A DNA stretch of 64,000 nt from a virus. Lineage: Duplodnaviria; Caudoviricetes. The DNA lies in IMG/VR virus record IMGVR_UViG_2772190730_000001, positions 12,618 through 76,617 of that record, one strand, 5' to 3'. The position numbers and the translations under genes were made by a program. Every line of letters begins with the position of its first letter. The stretch's first letter is position 1. A model generated the notes under the pieces. The model was not told where the DNA came from. It searched no databases and saw only the letters and a list, made by a program, of their open reading frames with translations. Below are positions 1 to 9,050 of this stretch, one piece after another.

Positions 1-3000
1 GATGAAGTACGGGTTATCGCCAGCGCCGCCAGCAGCGGAACCGACGAGCGCCCATTCCTCCACGCCGATCTGTTTCGAGTTGGCGCGGCACCAGGTGGCA
101 ATATCGTTGAACCCGGGGGACTCGTTGAGGGTGCCGTTCCAGTTCCCCGAGTTCGTTGCCGGATACCAGTCGTACGTGTCGTACCCGACAACATCGAAAA
201 TGGTCCCGTACGCGTGGGTGCCGAGGAGCTGGTTGTAGACCGACTGCCAAGTCGTGCCCGCGCGCTTCTGACCGCGGGTCATGTTGATGCTGATCTGCAC
301 GTTCGGCGCGTACTTCTTCACCGACAGGCTGACGTTCTTCACGGCCTGCACGTACGAGTCCACGCTGTTCTGTGTCGGCTTGCCGCCGTTCTCGTTTCCC
401 CAGCTCCACTTGTACCAGTACCCATTGCATTCCCAGCCCAGGCGAAGAATGAAACGGCGGGTATTCAGGCCCCGTGCCACGAGAGTCTGAGCGAACGCTT
501 CCCACCGGGCATTGTTGTTGCCCGCGGCTGTCGCCGAGTTGTTCTGCGCGCCCTCCGTTTCCGGCTGCGGCGGAATGCAGTAGACGATGTACCCCGGCCA
601 GCTCGTCCACTCCGTGGGGATGTGACCATGCATGTCGTCCCACGTCTGCCGCGGCGGGAAGTGCAGGAACCCGTCGACCGGGCGGTCCCGCCACGTGCCG
701 AAGCTGTTGGCCAAGGCGGGGGTGTCCGGCGCGTTGCCCCACTTGGCCACGCCCGAGTTCCAGGGCATCCCGGACCGGCCGACCAGCGGAACACCCGTGC
801 CACTCGGCTCCGGCGCTCCACCTCCACCGCCGCCCGGGCCAGCGCTGCCCCCGCCGCCGGAGCCCGGCTCGGTGGTGCCGTCCCCACCGAACGCCTCCTC
901 CGGGTCCACATAGGTGGTCCCGGTGACCGCGGACCCAATGCTCTCCGTGCCGCCGTCGGCCAGGCCCGACTGCAGCGTGATACCCGAGCTCGCGGTGCCA
1001 GCCCGGGTGTAGCTCCCGGTGCCGGGGAAGATCTCGTTCGACCGGAACAGGGCGCCCGTGTTGCCGCCGCCGTCGAAGAACTCGGCTCCACCCAGGTCGT
1101 GCATAGTGTTGCCGGTGACCCGGGCGTTCGGGCAGTTCGTCAGGGCGACGCCCTTCGGCGACCAGGACAGGTCACAGCCGTCGATGCGGATCGTGTCGCA
1201 GCCCCACGCCATGATCTGCCAGCCCGACCCGATCGGGTCCTCGATCGTGACCCGCGACAGGTGCGTCCCCGGCGCGTTCACCAGCTGCAGCGGCCCACAC
1301 CGGTGGAGCGCCACGTTCTCCAGGGTCAGGTTCCGCACCACGTCGTTCGGTCCGCCGTCGATCTGGAACGGAGCAATCACATCCCAGAACTCGCTGTCCC
1401 GCACGACGAACCCAGTGGAAAGCTGAGTGTCGTCGCCAGGCAGCTTCACCATCTTGATCCCGATGCGCGCACCACGGACGACGCCCTGCCAAATGTTGTC
1501 CGCGCAGTCCGGGATGACCTCGATCGCGGCCCCGTGGTAATCCACGACGAGGCAGTCGACCGCCGTGTTCGCGTTATCCCCGGGCCGGTGCGACGGGTTC
1601 CCCCACTTCCACGCGGTCCGCTCGTGGTCGCTGTCCGGGGTCCGCCTGGTGCCGCCCTGCGCCGTGCACGAAACCGTCTTGTTCCGGCCGCAGTCCGCGC
1701 CGTGCCAGTCGTAGTCGCTGATCCGGGCATCCGTGGAAACGCAGCCGTGCGCCTCGCATCCGGCGGCCCCGTTGAACCACAGCACCGAGTGACGGCAGCC
1801 CGTGACGGCCAGGCCCTTCACCGTGCAGTTTGTGGCCCCGTAGAAGCTCACTCCGTACCCGCGGCCGGCGTCGGTGTCGCTGGGATTGGCGATGGCCCCG
1901 CCGATGGCGTGGCAGTCCAAGGAGTCCGTGAACCGGATGGCGTGGCCGCTCCAGCTGACGCCGCCGTCGCCCCCGCCGATGATGTGCGCGTTCGTGATCA
2001 CCACGTTGTGCGCGTACCGCACCTCGATGGCGTGCTGCCCGTCCGCCTGCTGCGCTGCGAAGCTAATCCGGAAGTTCCGCAGCTCCACGTCCTTCAGCGC
2101 CTCGAGCCGCTCGACCCGAGCCGTCTGCGCCAGGTCGTAGGTGTGCTTCAGAGGATGCGAAAGCTTCAGGTGAGTCGCGTCTGGGACCTCCGCGACGATC
2201 GCGACCTCTTTGTGCGCGAAGTTGCCCGTCTGCACGTCGCCGTTGCCATCGAGCGTATTGGTGTCGTCGAGGATCCGGACCACGTCGCCGACGTGGAAGA
2301 TCCCCGCGGTGGCCAACGTGATGAGGGTGTCCCCGAGCGCGTTGGAACCGGCGGTCATCGCCGACTGCACCACCAGAGTCAGCTGTGATTCCTTGTTGCT
2401 GAAGGTCGTGTCGTTGACCGCCTTGAACTCCTTCGGCAGGCCGTCGACCACGGTGATGGTCAGGGCGGTCCGGTCGATCGCCGAGACGAAGCTGTGAAAG
2501 ATCTCGGTGTTCGGCACGCTGCCGCTGGCCGTGCGCTTCCCCCGCAGGCCGATGTAGATGCCGGGCACCCAGTCCGCTGGGATCTGGTCGACGTGCAGGA
2601 CATGCGAGCCCAGCGGCGCATCAGCAGTGAGAGCAGGCTTCGCGTTGAAATCGGTGGGCTGCTCCTCGATCACACCCCACGGACGGATCCGGGCGTCCGT
2701 GCCCAGCAGCAGCTCGACATCGGACTCCAGCACCACGCCGCTGGCCGAGATCGTCACCGTCGAGTTGATGTAGCACTTCGCCCCCGGCGGACCATGGATC
2801 AGCAGGTGCGTGGACAGTTCACCGTCCTCGACCGCGTCCAGCGCCGCCTGGATTGCCGGTCCGTCGTCGGTCACCCCGTCACACGCCAAGCCCGGGATTA
2901 CCGCACCAGCGCCAGCCACCCCTGCCACCGCAGCGTCCGCAGTGGCCTGCGCTGCAGCAGCTGCAGCGACCGCCTCGATCAGGCCGTCCTCGATGTGATC

Positions 3001-3078
3001 CAGCGCCGCGGCCATGATCGGCGTGGTGTGGTTCGGCTCGTCTTTCCACAACCCCGGGTAGTAGCGGTTATAGGCCAC
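1..3078 (-). CDS. Tail/receptor-binding protein, 3'-truncated by the window edge: pectin-lyase-like beta-helix, Gly/Pro linker, C-terminal GH26-like glycoside hydrolase
   Basis: Hand-translated from GTG at 3078 (MAYNRYYPGLWKDEPN); no stop in the stretches checked and the frame runs off the left edge, so it is absent from the ORF track. Motifs: CDGVTDDGPAIQAALD, beta-helix repeats, RLGWECNGYWYKW, DVVGYDTYD, GVEEW..GDNPYFI. Confidence 0.85.
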   Translation of the reverse strand, partial: MAYNRYYPGLWKDEPNHTTPIMAAALDHIEDGLIEAVAAAAAAQATADAAVAGVAGAGAVIPGLACDGVTDDGPAIQAALDAVEDGELSTHLLIHGPPGAKCYINSTVTISASGVVLESDVELLLGTDARIRPWGVIEEQPTDFNAKPALTADAPLGSHVLHVDQIPADWVPGIYIGLRGKRTASGSVPNTEIFHSFVSAIDRTALTITVVDGLPKEFKAVNDTTFSNKESQLTLVVQSAMTAGSNALGDTLITLATAGIFHVGDVVRILDDTNTLDGNGDVQTGNFAHKEVAIVAEVPDATHLKLSHPLKHTYDLAQTARVERLEALKDVELRNFRISFAAQQADGQHAIEVRYAHNVVITNAHIIGGGDGGVSWSGHAIRFTDSLDCHAIGGAIANPSDTDAGRGYGVSFYGATNCTVKGLAVTGCRHSVLWFNGAAGCEAHGCVSTDARISDYDWHGADCGRNKTVSCTAQGGTRRTPDSDHERTAWKWGNPSHRPGDNANTAVDCLVVDYHGAAIEVIPDCADNIWQGVVRGARIGIKMVKLPGDDTQLSTGFVVRDSEFWDVIAPFQIDGGPNDVVRNLTLENVALHRCGPLQLVNAPGTHLSRVTIEDPIGSGWQIMAWGCDTIRIDGCDLSWSPKGVALTNCPNARVTGNTMHDLGGAEFFDGGGNTGALFRSNEIFPGTGSYTRAGTASSGITLQSGLADGGTESIGSAVTGTTYVDPEEAFGGDGTTEPGSGGGGSAGPGGGGGGAPEPSGTGVPLVGRSGMPWNSGVAKWGNAPDTPALANSFGTWRDRPVDGFLHFPPRQTWDDMHGHIPTEWTSWPGYIVYCIPPQPETEGAQNNSATAAGNNNARWEAFAQTLVARGLNTRRFILRLGWECNGYWYKWSWGNENGGKPTQNSVDSYVQAVKNVSLSVKKYAPNVQISINMTRGQKRAGTTWQSVYNQLLGTHAYGTIFDVVGYDTYDWYPATNSGNWNGTLNESPGFNDIATWCRANSKQIGVEEWALVGSAAGGAGDNPYFI

Positions 3079-3081
3079 GGG

Positions 3082-5859
3082 TCACCGCCTTCCGGTCGTA
3101 GCGAGGGTCTGCGGCCGGTACCCGCGCGACACCGCGCGCTTGGCCATGCCGTCGAGCTGGCGGAAGACGTTGGATTCGTCGATCACCGCACCGGCGTGCA
3201 GGTGGTAGTGGTTGTGGACCTCTCCGCCGGAGTACCGCTGGCTGCCGGACAGGGCGACCGCCCCGGGCCGCGAGAGGCCCGACAGGGCACGGGATGCCGC
3301 CTTGTGCTGCGACTGCACACCCATCACGAACCCCAGGCCCGCGTACCGTCCGTCCTCGGCCAGCGCCCGCGATGGGCTCTTGATCTTCAGCTCGTCGCGG
3401 ATCGCCTTCCGCAGATCCTTGGCCAGCCCCTTGGCCGTCTTGATCAACGCGCCCCGGGACTTCTTCAAACCGGCCACCAGGCCCTTGGCCGCCTGGACCC
3501 CGACGTTGAAGTACTGGTTCCCCAGGCCCGTCCCGAGGCCGGACGCCGTCTTGCCGATGGCCCGCTGGATCCCGTTGATCTGCTTGACGGCCTTCGCCCC
3601 ACCAGACGCCAGAGCAGCCGCATCGTCGGCGCCGCCGTCGACCCCGGCGTTCAGGATCTGCTCCAGCGTGGTCCGGTTCAGACCCCGCTTACGCAGGGCA
3701 TTGATGTTCGCCGTGAATGCCCGCAGCTGCTTGAGGCGGTTGCGGAGGTAGTTGACGTAGTAGTCGGCCTTCGGTGTGCCGCGCCGGTCCGGGTCCTGCT
3801 CGAATCCGGTGAGAGCCGTCGCGGCGATGAGGTTGTCGTGGATCTGCTTGATGTAGTCGGCACGCTTCTTCACGATGTCCGTGAGCTTCGACATCGCCGT
3901 CTGCAACTTGGCGGTAAGGCTTTTCGCGAGCTTGACCAGCTTGTTGTTGCTGTAGTCCTTGGTCTTCTCGATGCCCTTACCGACACCCTTGCCGAGGCCC
4001 TCCCCGAAGCCCTTGCCCACGCCGAGGCCGCCGCTGTACGTCGGTGGCGGCGCGGAAACGTTCGGGGTTCCGAGGGTGACCTGCTGGGTTCCGGCCGGGT
4101 CCTTGATGACCCCGAGACCCTGCCCGAAGCCGCCGTACTTGCCGTAGCCGAGCAGTCCCGCCGGGCCGGTCGCGGACACGTTGTACCGCACGTTCACCGC
4201 GGTGCTGACCGACGTCGGGATCGCGGCCAGGCTGGTGCGGACACCGTCGATGTAACCGCGGGCGTTGGCGAAGGCGCCCGCGACACTGCTCATGGCCCCG
4301 CCGATGCCGGGGATGTGACTGGCTGCCGAGAAGAGCTTTTCGAAGGCCGACAGGATCCCCGACACCGCGGCCAGCACCACGCTGGCCGCCGCCCGGAACG
4401 CAGCCTGGACGATGGCCCGGAAGGTATCCGACTTCTTGTACGCGATGACCAGGCCGACGACGAGCAGGCCGATCGCCGTCACGAGCAAGCCGATCGGGTT
4501 CATGTTCAGGGCCAGGCCCAGAACCCGGAAATAGGTCACGGCGATCTTGATCGCCTGTCCCAGCTTCCCGAAGACCTCGATTCCCTTTTCGACGCCACCA
4601 ACGACCTTTTGGATGGGCCCGATCGTCCGGGCCACCCCAGCACCGATGACGAGCATCGGCATGATCGACGGGGCGAGCAGCGCGAACTGGGCGGCCAGGG
4701 AGTTGATGGTCGGGGCCAGGGTGATGATCAGACCCGAGATCGTCGTCAGCGTCCCAGCGAAACCACCGGCCAGGCCCTGGACCACGGACCCGATGGCCGG
4801 GGCGATCGAGGCCAGCGCGGCCCCCACCGCAGGCAGGGCCGCCGAGATCTGCTGGGCGCCCACCGACAGGGCAGCGAACACGGTCTGCAGGCCGCCCTGG
4901 AACGCGGGCCCCTGCACGGTGGTGGCCACCGACTGCAGGACGGCGTTCAGGTTGGCCAGCGGCGCCAGGCTGCCCCCGGCCGAAGCGGCACCGAACACCG
5001 AGGCCAGGATCGACCCGACCGTGCCCAGCGCCTGGCCCAGCTGCATCGTCACCTGCAGGCCGGACGCCATGAACGCCTGCAGCTGCCCGGTCTGGCTGAC
5101 ATGGTCCAGGAACACGGCCAGCGACTGCGCTGCGAGGCCGAGCTGCTGGGCCAGGCCCGGCAGGAACTGGGTACCGGTCGTCGTCAGGGTCAGCAGCGAC
5201 GCCGCGGCCGGCCGCAGCGCCTGGCCCAGGATGTAGACCGCGGTGGCCGTGTTCCTGAGGATGACCTGGATCTGCTGCAGCTGCTCCGGCTGACCCAGGA
5301 AGCTGCCGAGACCGGAGGCTCCCGCGCCGGCGTTCGCGGCGATCGCCGAGAGCTGAGTCCGGAAGGCCGGGATCAACTTGCTCGACAGGGACTGGATCTG
5401 GCCCGCGAACTGCTGGAAGAAGTTCTGCTGGATGTTCAGCCGCAAGTTGTCCAGCGCGGGCAGCATCGTCCGGATCGACCTGGCAGCCTGCTGCGCGGCT
5501 GGGCTCAGGTATTTCAGCTGCTCGGCGAACTTGTCCTTGTCCCGGATCTGCTCGAGCGCGTCGCTGAATCCGAGGGTTGCGAGCTTGAGCGTGCCGAAGG
5601 CCGCCCCGCCTGCAGCCGCCACCGCGGGCAGGACGGCCGCGGCCCCCGCCAACCCGACCACCGCGGCCGAGAGGAGGTTCATGGTGCCGGGCAGGGCGGT
5701 GGCGGCCGCACCCCCAGCGAAAACCTTCATGGCCGTGCCGAGGCCCTTGAGCTTCAGCCCGGCCTTGTCGGCCTCGTCGCCGACCTTCTTCAGGGTCTTG
5801 CTGGCGTTGACGTCCCGGCCGAAGAGGCGGAAGACGAGGTCCTTGTTGCCGTCGCCCAT
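3082..5859 (-). CDS. Tail tape measure protein
   Basis: 925 aa, Ala/Gly/Leu-rich. NPIGLLVTAIGLLVVGLVIAYKKSDTFR and LKIKSPSR motifs. Lies downstream of the tail chaperone. Confidence 0.93.
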   Translation of the reverse strand: MGDGNKDLVFRLFGRDVNASKTLKKVGDEADKAGLKLKGLGTAMKVFAGGAAATALPGTMNLLSAAVVGLAGAAAVLPAVAAAGGAAFGTLKLATLGFSDALEQIRDKDKFAEQLKYLSPAAQQAARSIRTMLPALDNLRLNIQQNFFQQFAGQIQSLSSKLIPAFRTQLSAIAANAGAGASGLGSFLGQPEQLQQIQVILRNTATAVYILGQALRPAAASLLTLTTTGTQFLPGLAQQLGLAAQSLAVFLDHVSQTGQLQAFMASGLQVTMQLGQALGTVGSILASVFGAASAGGSLAPLANLNAVLQSVATTVQGPAFQGGLQTVFAALSVGAQQISAALPAVGAALASIAPAIGSVVQGLAGGFAGTLTTISGLIITLAPTINSLAAQFALLAPSIMPMLVIGAGVARTIGPIQKVVGGVEKGIEVFGKLGQAIKIAVTYFRVLGLALNMNPIGLLVTAIGLLVVGLVIAYKKSDTFRAIVQAAFRAAASVVLAAVSGILSAFEKLFSAASHIPGIGGAMSSVAGAFANARGYIDGVRTSLAAIPTSVSTAVNVRYNVSATGPAGLLGYGKYGGFGQGLGVIKDPAGTQQVTLGTPNVSAPPPTYSGGLGVGKGFGEGLGKGVGKGIEKTKDYSNNKLVKLAKSLTAKLQTAMSKLTDIVKKRADYIKQIHDNLIAATALTGFEQDPDRRGTPKADYYVNYLRNRLKQLRAFTANINALRKRGLNRTTLEQILNAGVDGGADDAAALASGGAKAVKQINGIQRAIGKTASGLGTGLGNQYFNVGVQAAKGLVAGLKKSRGALIKTAKGLAKDLRKAIRDELKIKSPSRALAEDGRYAGLGFVMGVQSQHKAASRALSGLSRPGAVALSGSQRYSGGEVHNHYHLHAGAVIDESNVFRQLDGMAKRAVSRGYRPQTLATTGRR

Positions 5860-5885
5860 GCGGGGTCACCCCCGCCCGGAACTGG

Positions 5886-6242
5886 TCAGCTCACGCGGGC
5901 TCTGATGGATCCCGGGCCCGGCTCAGGGGTGCCGCTGCTTTCGGGCTGGGCTCGGGACCACTCGTCGGCCTCGTGGGCAAGGAGCCGGAACGTGTTGTGC
6001 GGCAGGTCCCAGATGGATCCCGGCTGACCGGACCGGTGCGGGGTCACGCCCGGCCAGAGGTGGCAGATGATGGTCAGTCGCTCGTAGACCGCACTGGCGA
6101 TGTCCGGGAACGGCCACCGCTCCGAGGCGTCACCTGAATGCCTGCCTTCTTCAGATCGGTCGTGGTCTTGGCGGGCTTTGAGCGCTTGGCGGCGGGCTTC
6201 TTCGTAGCGGCTGCCCGCGCGCGGCGGGCCTGCCGGTTTGGG
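5886..6242 (-). CDS. -1 frameshift extension of the tail assembly chaperone (lambda gpGT-like)
   Basis: Slippery heptamer C CCA AAC at 6242-6236. The -1 frame stays open to TGA at 5886 (YEEARRQALKARQD...ICHLWPGVTP...IWDL). Confidence 0.7.
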   Translation of the reverse strand, partial: PKPAGPPRAGSRYEEARRQALKARQDHDRSEEGRHSGDASERWPFPDIASAVYERLTIICHLWPGVTPHRSGQPGSIWDLPHNTFRLLAHEADEWSRAQPESSGTPEPGPGSIRARVS

Positions 6243-6604
6243 GCCGGCGCCTCGACCTCGTCACCGGGCTCGGGCCGGAACTCCAGTCGGGACAGGCCGA
6301 ACTTGCAGGCCTGCTCCAGGGTCAGGTCGGTCTCTCCGGCGTCGCGCCGGGCGAGCCACACCAGCACCGCGATAGCGATGATCATCTCTTCGGTCATGTC
6401 GCCGAAGGAGACGTCGTCCCCCGCGGTCTGCACGTCGCTCAGCGCCTTGTCCAGGACTGACACGTCGTACCCGGTCTGACGTTTGATCGCGAGGATATCC
6501 ATCAGCCCGATGTCGTCCAGGTCCGGCAGGGGGTAGGTGCGCTCCGGCTCGGCCAGAGTCTGGCGAGCCGGGTTGGCCTCACGGGCTTTGATGACGAGAA
6601 GCAT
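6074..6604 (-). CDS. Tail assembly chaperone
   Basis: 176 aa, two genes downstream of the major tail gene and directly upstream of the tape measure; overlaps a -1 frame ORF. Confidence 0.75.
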   Translation of the reverse strand: MLLVIKAREANPARQTLAEPERTYPLPDLDDIGLMDILAIKRQTGYDVSVLDKALSDVQTAGDDVSFGDMTEEMIIAIAVLVWLARRDAGETDLTLEQACKFGLSRLEFRPEPGDEVEAPAPNRQARRARAAATKKPAAKRSKPAKTTTDLKKAGIQVTPRSGGRSRTSPVRSTSD

Positions 6605-6619
6605 GGCGGTGCTCCCCTT

Positions 6620-7102
6620 TCAGTTGATGTTGGATCGGCTGAGGATCTTCCGGGCGACCGCGTCCATGGCCTCCTGCATCTCCCGGCTGGACCGGTCGAC
6701 GGTCTTCTGCAGCCCCTTTTCCCAGAAGCCGGGTGGGACTGCCTGCGGGTACCAGTGGTGCCGGTTCCCGAACAGCATGTGCCGCAGGCGACCCCGGTTG
6801 ATCGCCCGCAGGTCGGCTTTCTTCCCGTCACTGCGTTTCTTCGACGCGATGATCAGAACCCCCGGGTTGCGGCTCATCCGCTTCTTCGTGCGGAACGAGG
6901 ACCGCGACACGTAAACGTTCAGGCCGCCCTTCTTCGGCAGGCTCTTACGTGCCTGCGCACGGATCTCCTTCACGGTGGGCCGGGTGGCCTTCGTGATGGC
7001 CTTGTTCAGCTCCCGCTTGAGGTCCCTGTTCGCAGCGCCCCGGAGTTGCTTTCCCAGGGCCCGGTATTGCTCGGCGCCCCGGAGTTCAACGAACGACGCC
7101 AC
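6620..7102 (-). CDS. HK97 gp10-like neck/tail-completion protein
   Basis: 160 aa, basic. GRLRHMLFGNRHHWYPQAVPPGFWEK pattern; position in the tail module. Confidence 0.65.
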   Translation of the reverse strand: MASFVELRGAEQYRALGKQLRGAANRDLKRELNKAITKATRPTVKEIRAQARKSLPKKGGLNVYVSRSSFRTKKRMSRNPGVLIIASKKRSDGKKADLRAINRGRLRHMLFGNRHHWYPQAVPPGFWEKGLQKTVDRSSREMQEAMDAVARKILSRSNIN

Positions 7103-7108
7103 CGGGGT

Positions 7109-8179
7109 CTACAGGGCGGTGTCGGCGGTCACCAGGGCGACGTAGAGTCCGACGCCGGAGGCGACGGTGCCGAGGATCTCGGCTTCGATTTCCATCATCG
7201 TCGGGCCGTCCGCGCTGGGCCCGGGCGGCGGACCGGAGTTCAGCATGGTGCCGGGCATGACCGCCTGGAACGTCGCGTAGGTCGTCCCGTTGATCAGCTC
7301 GGGTGAGACCAGGGTGAAGGTGAGCGGCGCGTACTTCTGCTGCAGATAAGCGTCCCGCAGAGCGATACCGCCGGAGCCCGTGAACCGCATGTTCCCGGAG
7401 ACCTGGGCGGAGCGCTTCACAGTGACGGCCCGGTTCCAGCCCCCGAGTCGCTGGTCCGCGTCGTCGCTGGACAGGCCGTTGTCAACCTTCAGGTTGAAGC
7501 TGGTCCACTGAGTGTCCGGGCTGCCGCCCGAGGCCAGCGCGGTGGTCGTCGGCAGGGTCACCGTCCCGCCGTACGTCACACCACCCGAGACAGCGTCCCG
7601 GCCCATAAAGAGACTCGGTGACGTCAGGGACGGCGTGAAAACCTGCGCCGGGTAGAGGCTGTCGACAGCGGTCGCAGCGATGGTGGTGTCCATGTACCGG
7701 ACGAGCCACTCGATCTGCAGCGTCGGCATCCCGTTACCCGGGACGTCCAACTCCCAGCTCTTCACCATCGCACCAGGGAACGTGTGCGGCCGCAGCGTGC
7801 CGCCATCATCCGCGATCAGGCACTGCAGCGTGTAGGACGGCATGAACGTGTCCGGCGTGATCAGCGAGAACAGCTGCTGCGACACCGGCGACGACCGAAC
7901 CGTGTGCACGCCCGTACCCAGGCAGGCACGCCACAGGTGCCCGTCTCCCCGAGTCATGAGGGCCGTCTTGGTGGTCACCGTCCCGGTGCCGATGCCCTGC
8001 CGGCGGCGCTCGGCCAGGTTGGTGGTGGAACCCTTCCGGATGCCCTCACCCTGCTCGGGCATGGCGTCCCACGAGATCGACGAGTCGCCGTACCACTCGT
8101 AGGCGCGGATCGGTGTGACAGCGGTCGGCCAGGTCGTCTCCGGCGCGAGCGAGAAGGACGAGTCGAGAATGGTGGGCAT
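7109..8179 (-). CDS. Major tail (tube) protein
   Basis: 356 aa, Thr/Gly-rich, beta-strand character (FPGAMVKSWEL, FNLKVDNGL). Lies between neck genes and chaperone. Confidence 0.8.
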   Translation of the reverse strand: MPTILDSSFSLAPETTWPTAVTPIRAYEWYGDSSISWDAMPEQGEGIRKGSTTNLAERRRQGIGTGTVTTKTALMTRGDGHLWRACLGTGVHTVRSSPVSQQLFSLITPDTFMPSYTLQCLIADDGGTLRPHTFPGAMVKSWELDVPGNGMPTLQIEWLVRYMDTTIAATAVDSLYPAQVFTPSLTSPSLFMGRDAVSGGVTYGGTVTLPTTTALASGGSPDTQWTSFNLKVDNGLSSDDADQRLGGWNRAVTVKRSAQVSGNMRFTGSGGIALRDAYLQQKYAPLTFTLVSPELINGTTYATFQAVMPGTMLNSGPPPGPSADGPTMMEIEAEILGTVASGVGLYVALVTADTAL

Positions 8180-8185
8180 GGTGGA

Positions 8186-8524
8186 TCAGTCCTCCGTCGC
8201 GGGGTTTTCGACCTGGGCCTCGGCCTTGGCCTGCGCCCTCGGGCGCTTGACCGGCGTCACCGGCTCCCAGTTGCCGGCCTGGGCGAGCAGCCCGGAACCC
8301 AGGTCCCAGACCTCCCGCACGTCGTCGTGGGTGCGAAGCTGCAGGTACGGCATCTCGCGTTCGCCCGGCTTCAGCGGCCGCCAGTAGCCGGGCTGGCCGG
8401 CCAGCCCTGCGGGGACCTCGATCGTGTCGCCAGGTCCGACGCCGCGGATATCGACCCCGTGCTCGGGGGAAACGACATCCGCCATGGTGCTGCCGAGAGA
8501 CCGGCGGATCTTCACGTTGCTCAC
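8186..8524 (-). CDS. Small virion/neck protein, hypothetical
   Basis: 112 aa, GGAGG RBS, position in the neck cluster. Confidence 0.55.
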   Translation of the reverse strand: MSNVKIRRSLGSTMADVVSPEHGVDIRGVGPGDTIEVPAGLAGQPGYWRPLKPGEREMPYLQLRTHDDVREVWDLGSGLLAQAGNWEPVTPVKRPRAQAKAEAQVENPATED

Positions 8525-8588
8525 TCAGGCCTCCAGGCATGACGAAGAGCCCCAGCACCAGGACGGCGGGGGCGATAGGGGATAGGGG

Positions 8589-9050
8589 TCAGGTGCTGGC
8601 GACGAAGACGGACACGGTCGCGGTCACGGCCGCGTACCGGCCCTTGGCCTGCAGCTCGTCATCGTCGGTCGACTCATCCAGCTCCATGCTCGACAGCCAG
8701 GCGTCGACATTCGCGCCCAGGCCGAGCGTCGGCCCGTCGGGCCCCGAGCGCAGGTGTTCCTCCAGCTGGCCGATCAGGGCGTACGCCAGCTCGGTCACCC
8801 GCTGCTGCTCGTCCGGGCCCGGACTGAAAACGGACGCGATCACGGTGACCTGGTGCGTCTCGTCCCGCTGCCGGCGGGTGCGGCCCATCAGGCTCCGCGC
8901 GACCTCGGTGCTGATCCCGGTGACGGCCATCGCGACCGGCCGCAGCTGGGTGGCGCGGGCCCCGTACAGGATCTGCACCCCGTCGGGTGCTGTGAGGTCA
9001 GTGACGAGCTGCACGAGTGCGGCTTTCACGAGAGGCGCCGTCGCTGCCAT
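8589..9050 (-). CDS. Tail terminator / head-tail joining protein
   Basis: 153 aa, follows the head-tail connector; size and position typical. Confidence 0.6.
   Translation of the reverse strand: MAATAPLVKAALVQLVTDLTAPDGVQILYGARATQLRPVAMAVTGISTEVARSLMGRTRRQRDETHQVTVIASVFSPGPDEQQRVTELAYALIGQLEEHLRSGPDGPTLGLGANVDAWLSSMELDESTDDDELQAKGRYAAVTATVSVFVAST

Noticed and set aside
214-6027. Long plus-strand ORFs 214..2388 (724 aa) and 2494..6027 (1177 aa)
   Set aside because: Antisense shadows of the tail-spike and tape-measure genes. They are Arg/Pro/Val-rich, carry no motifs, and are expected in high-GC DNA.
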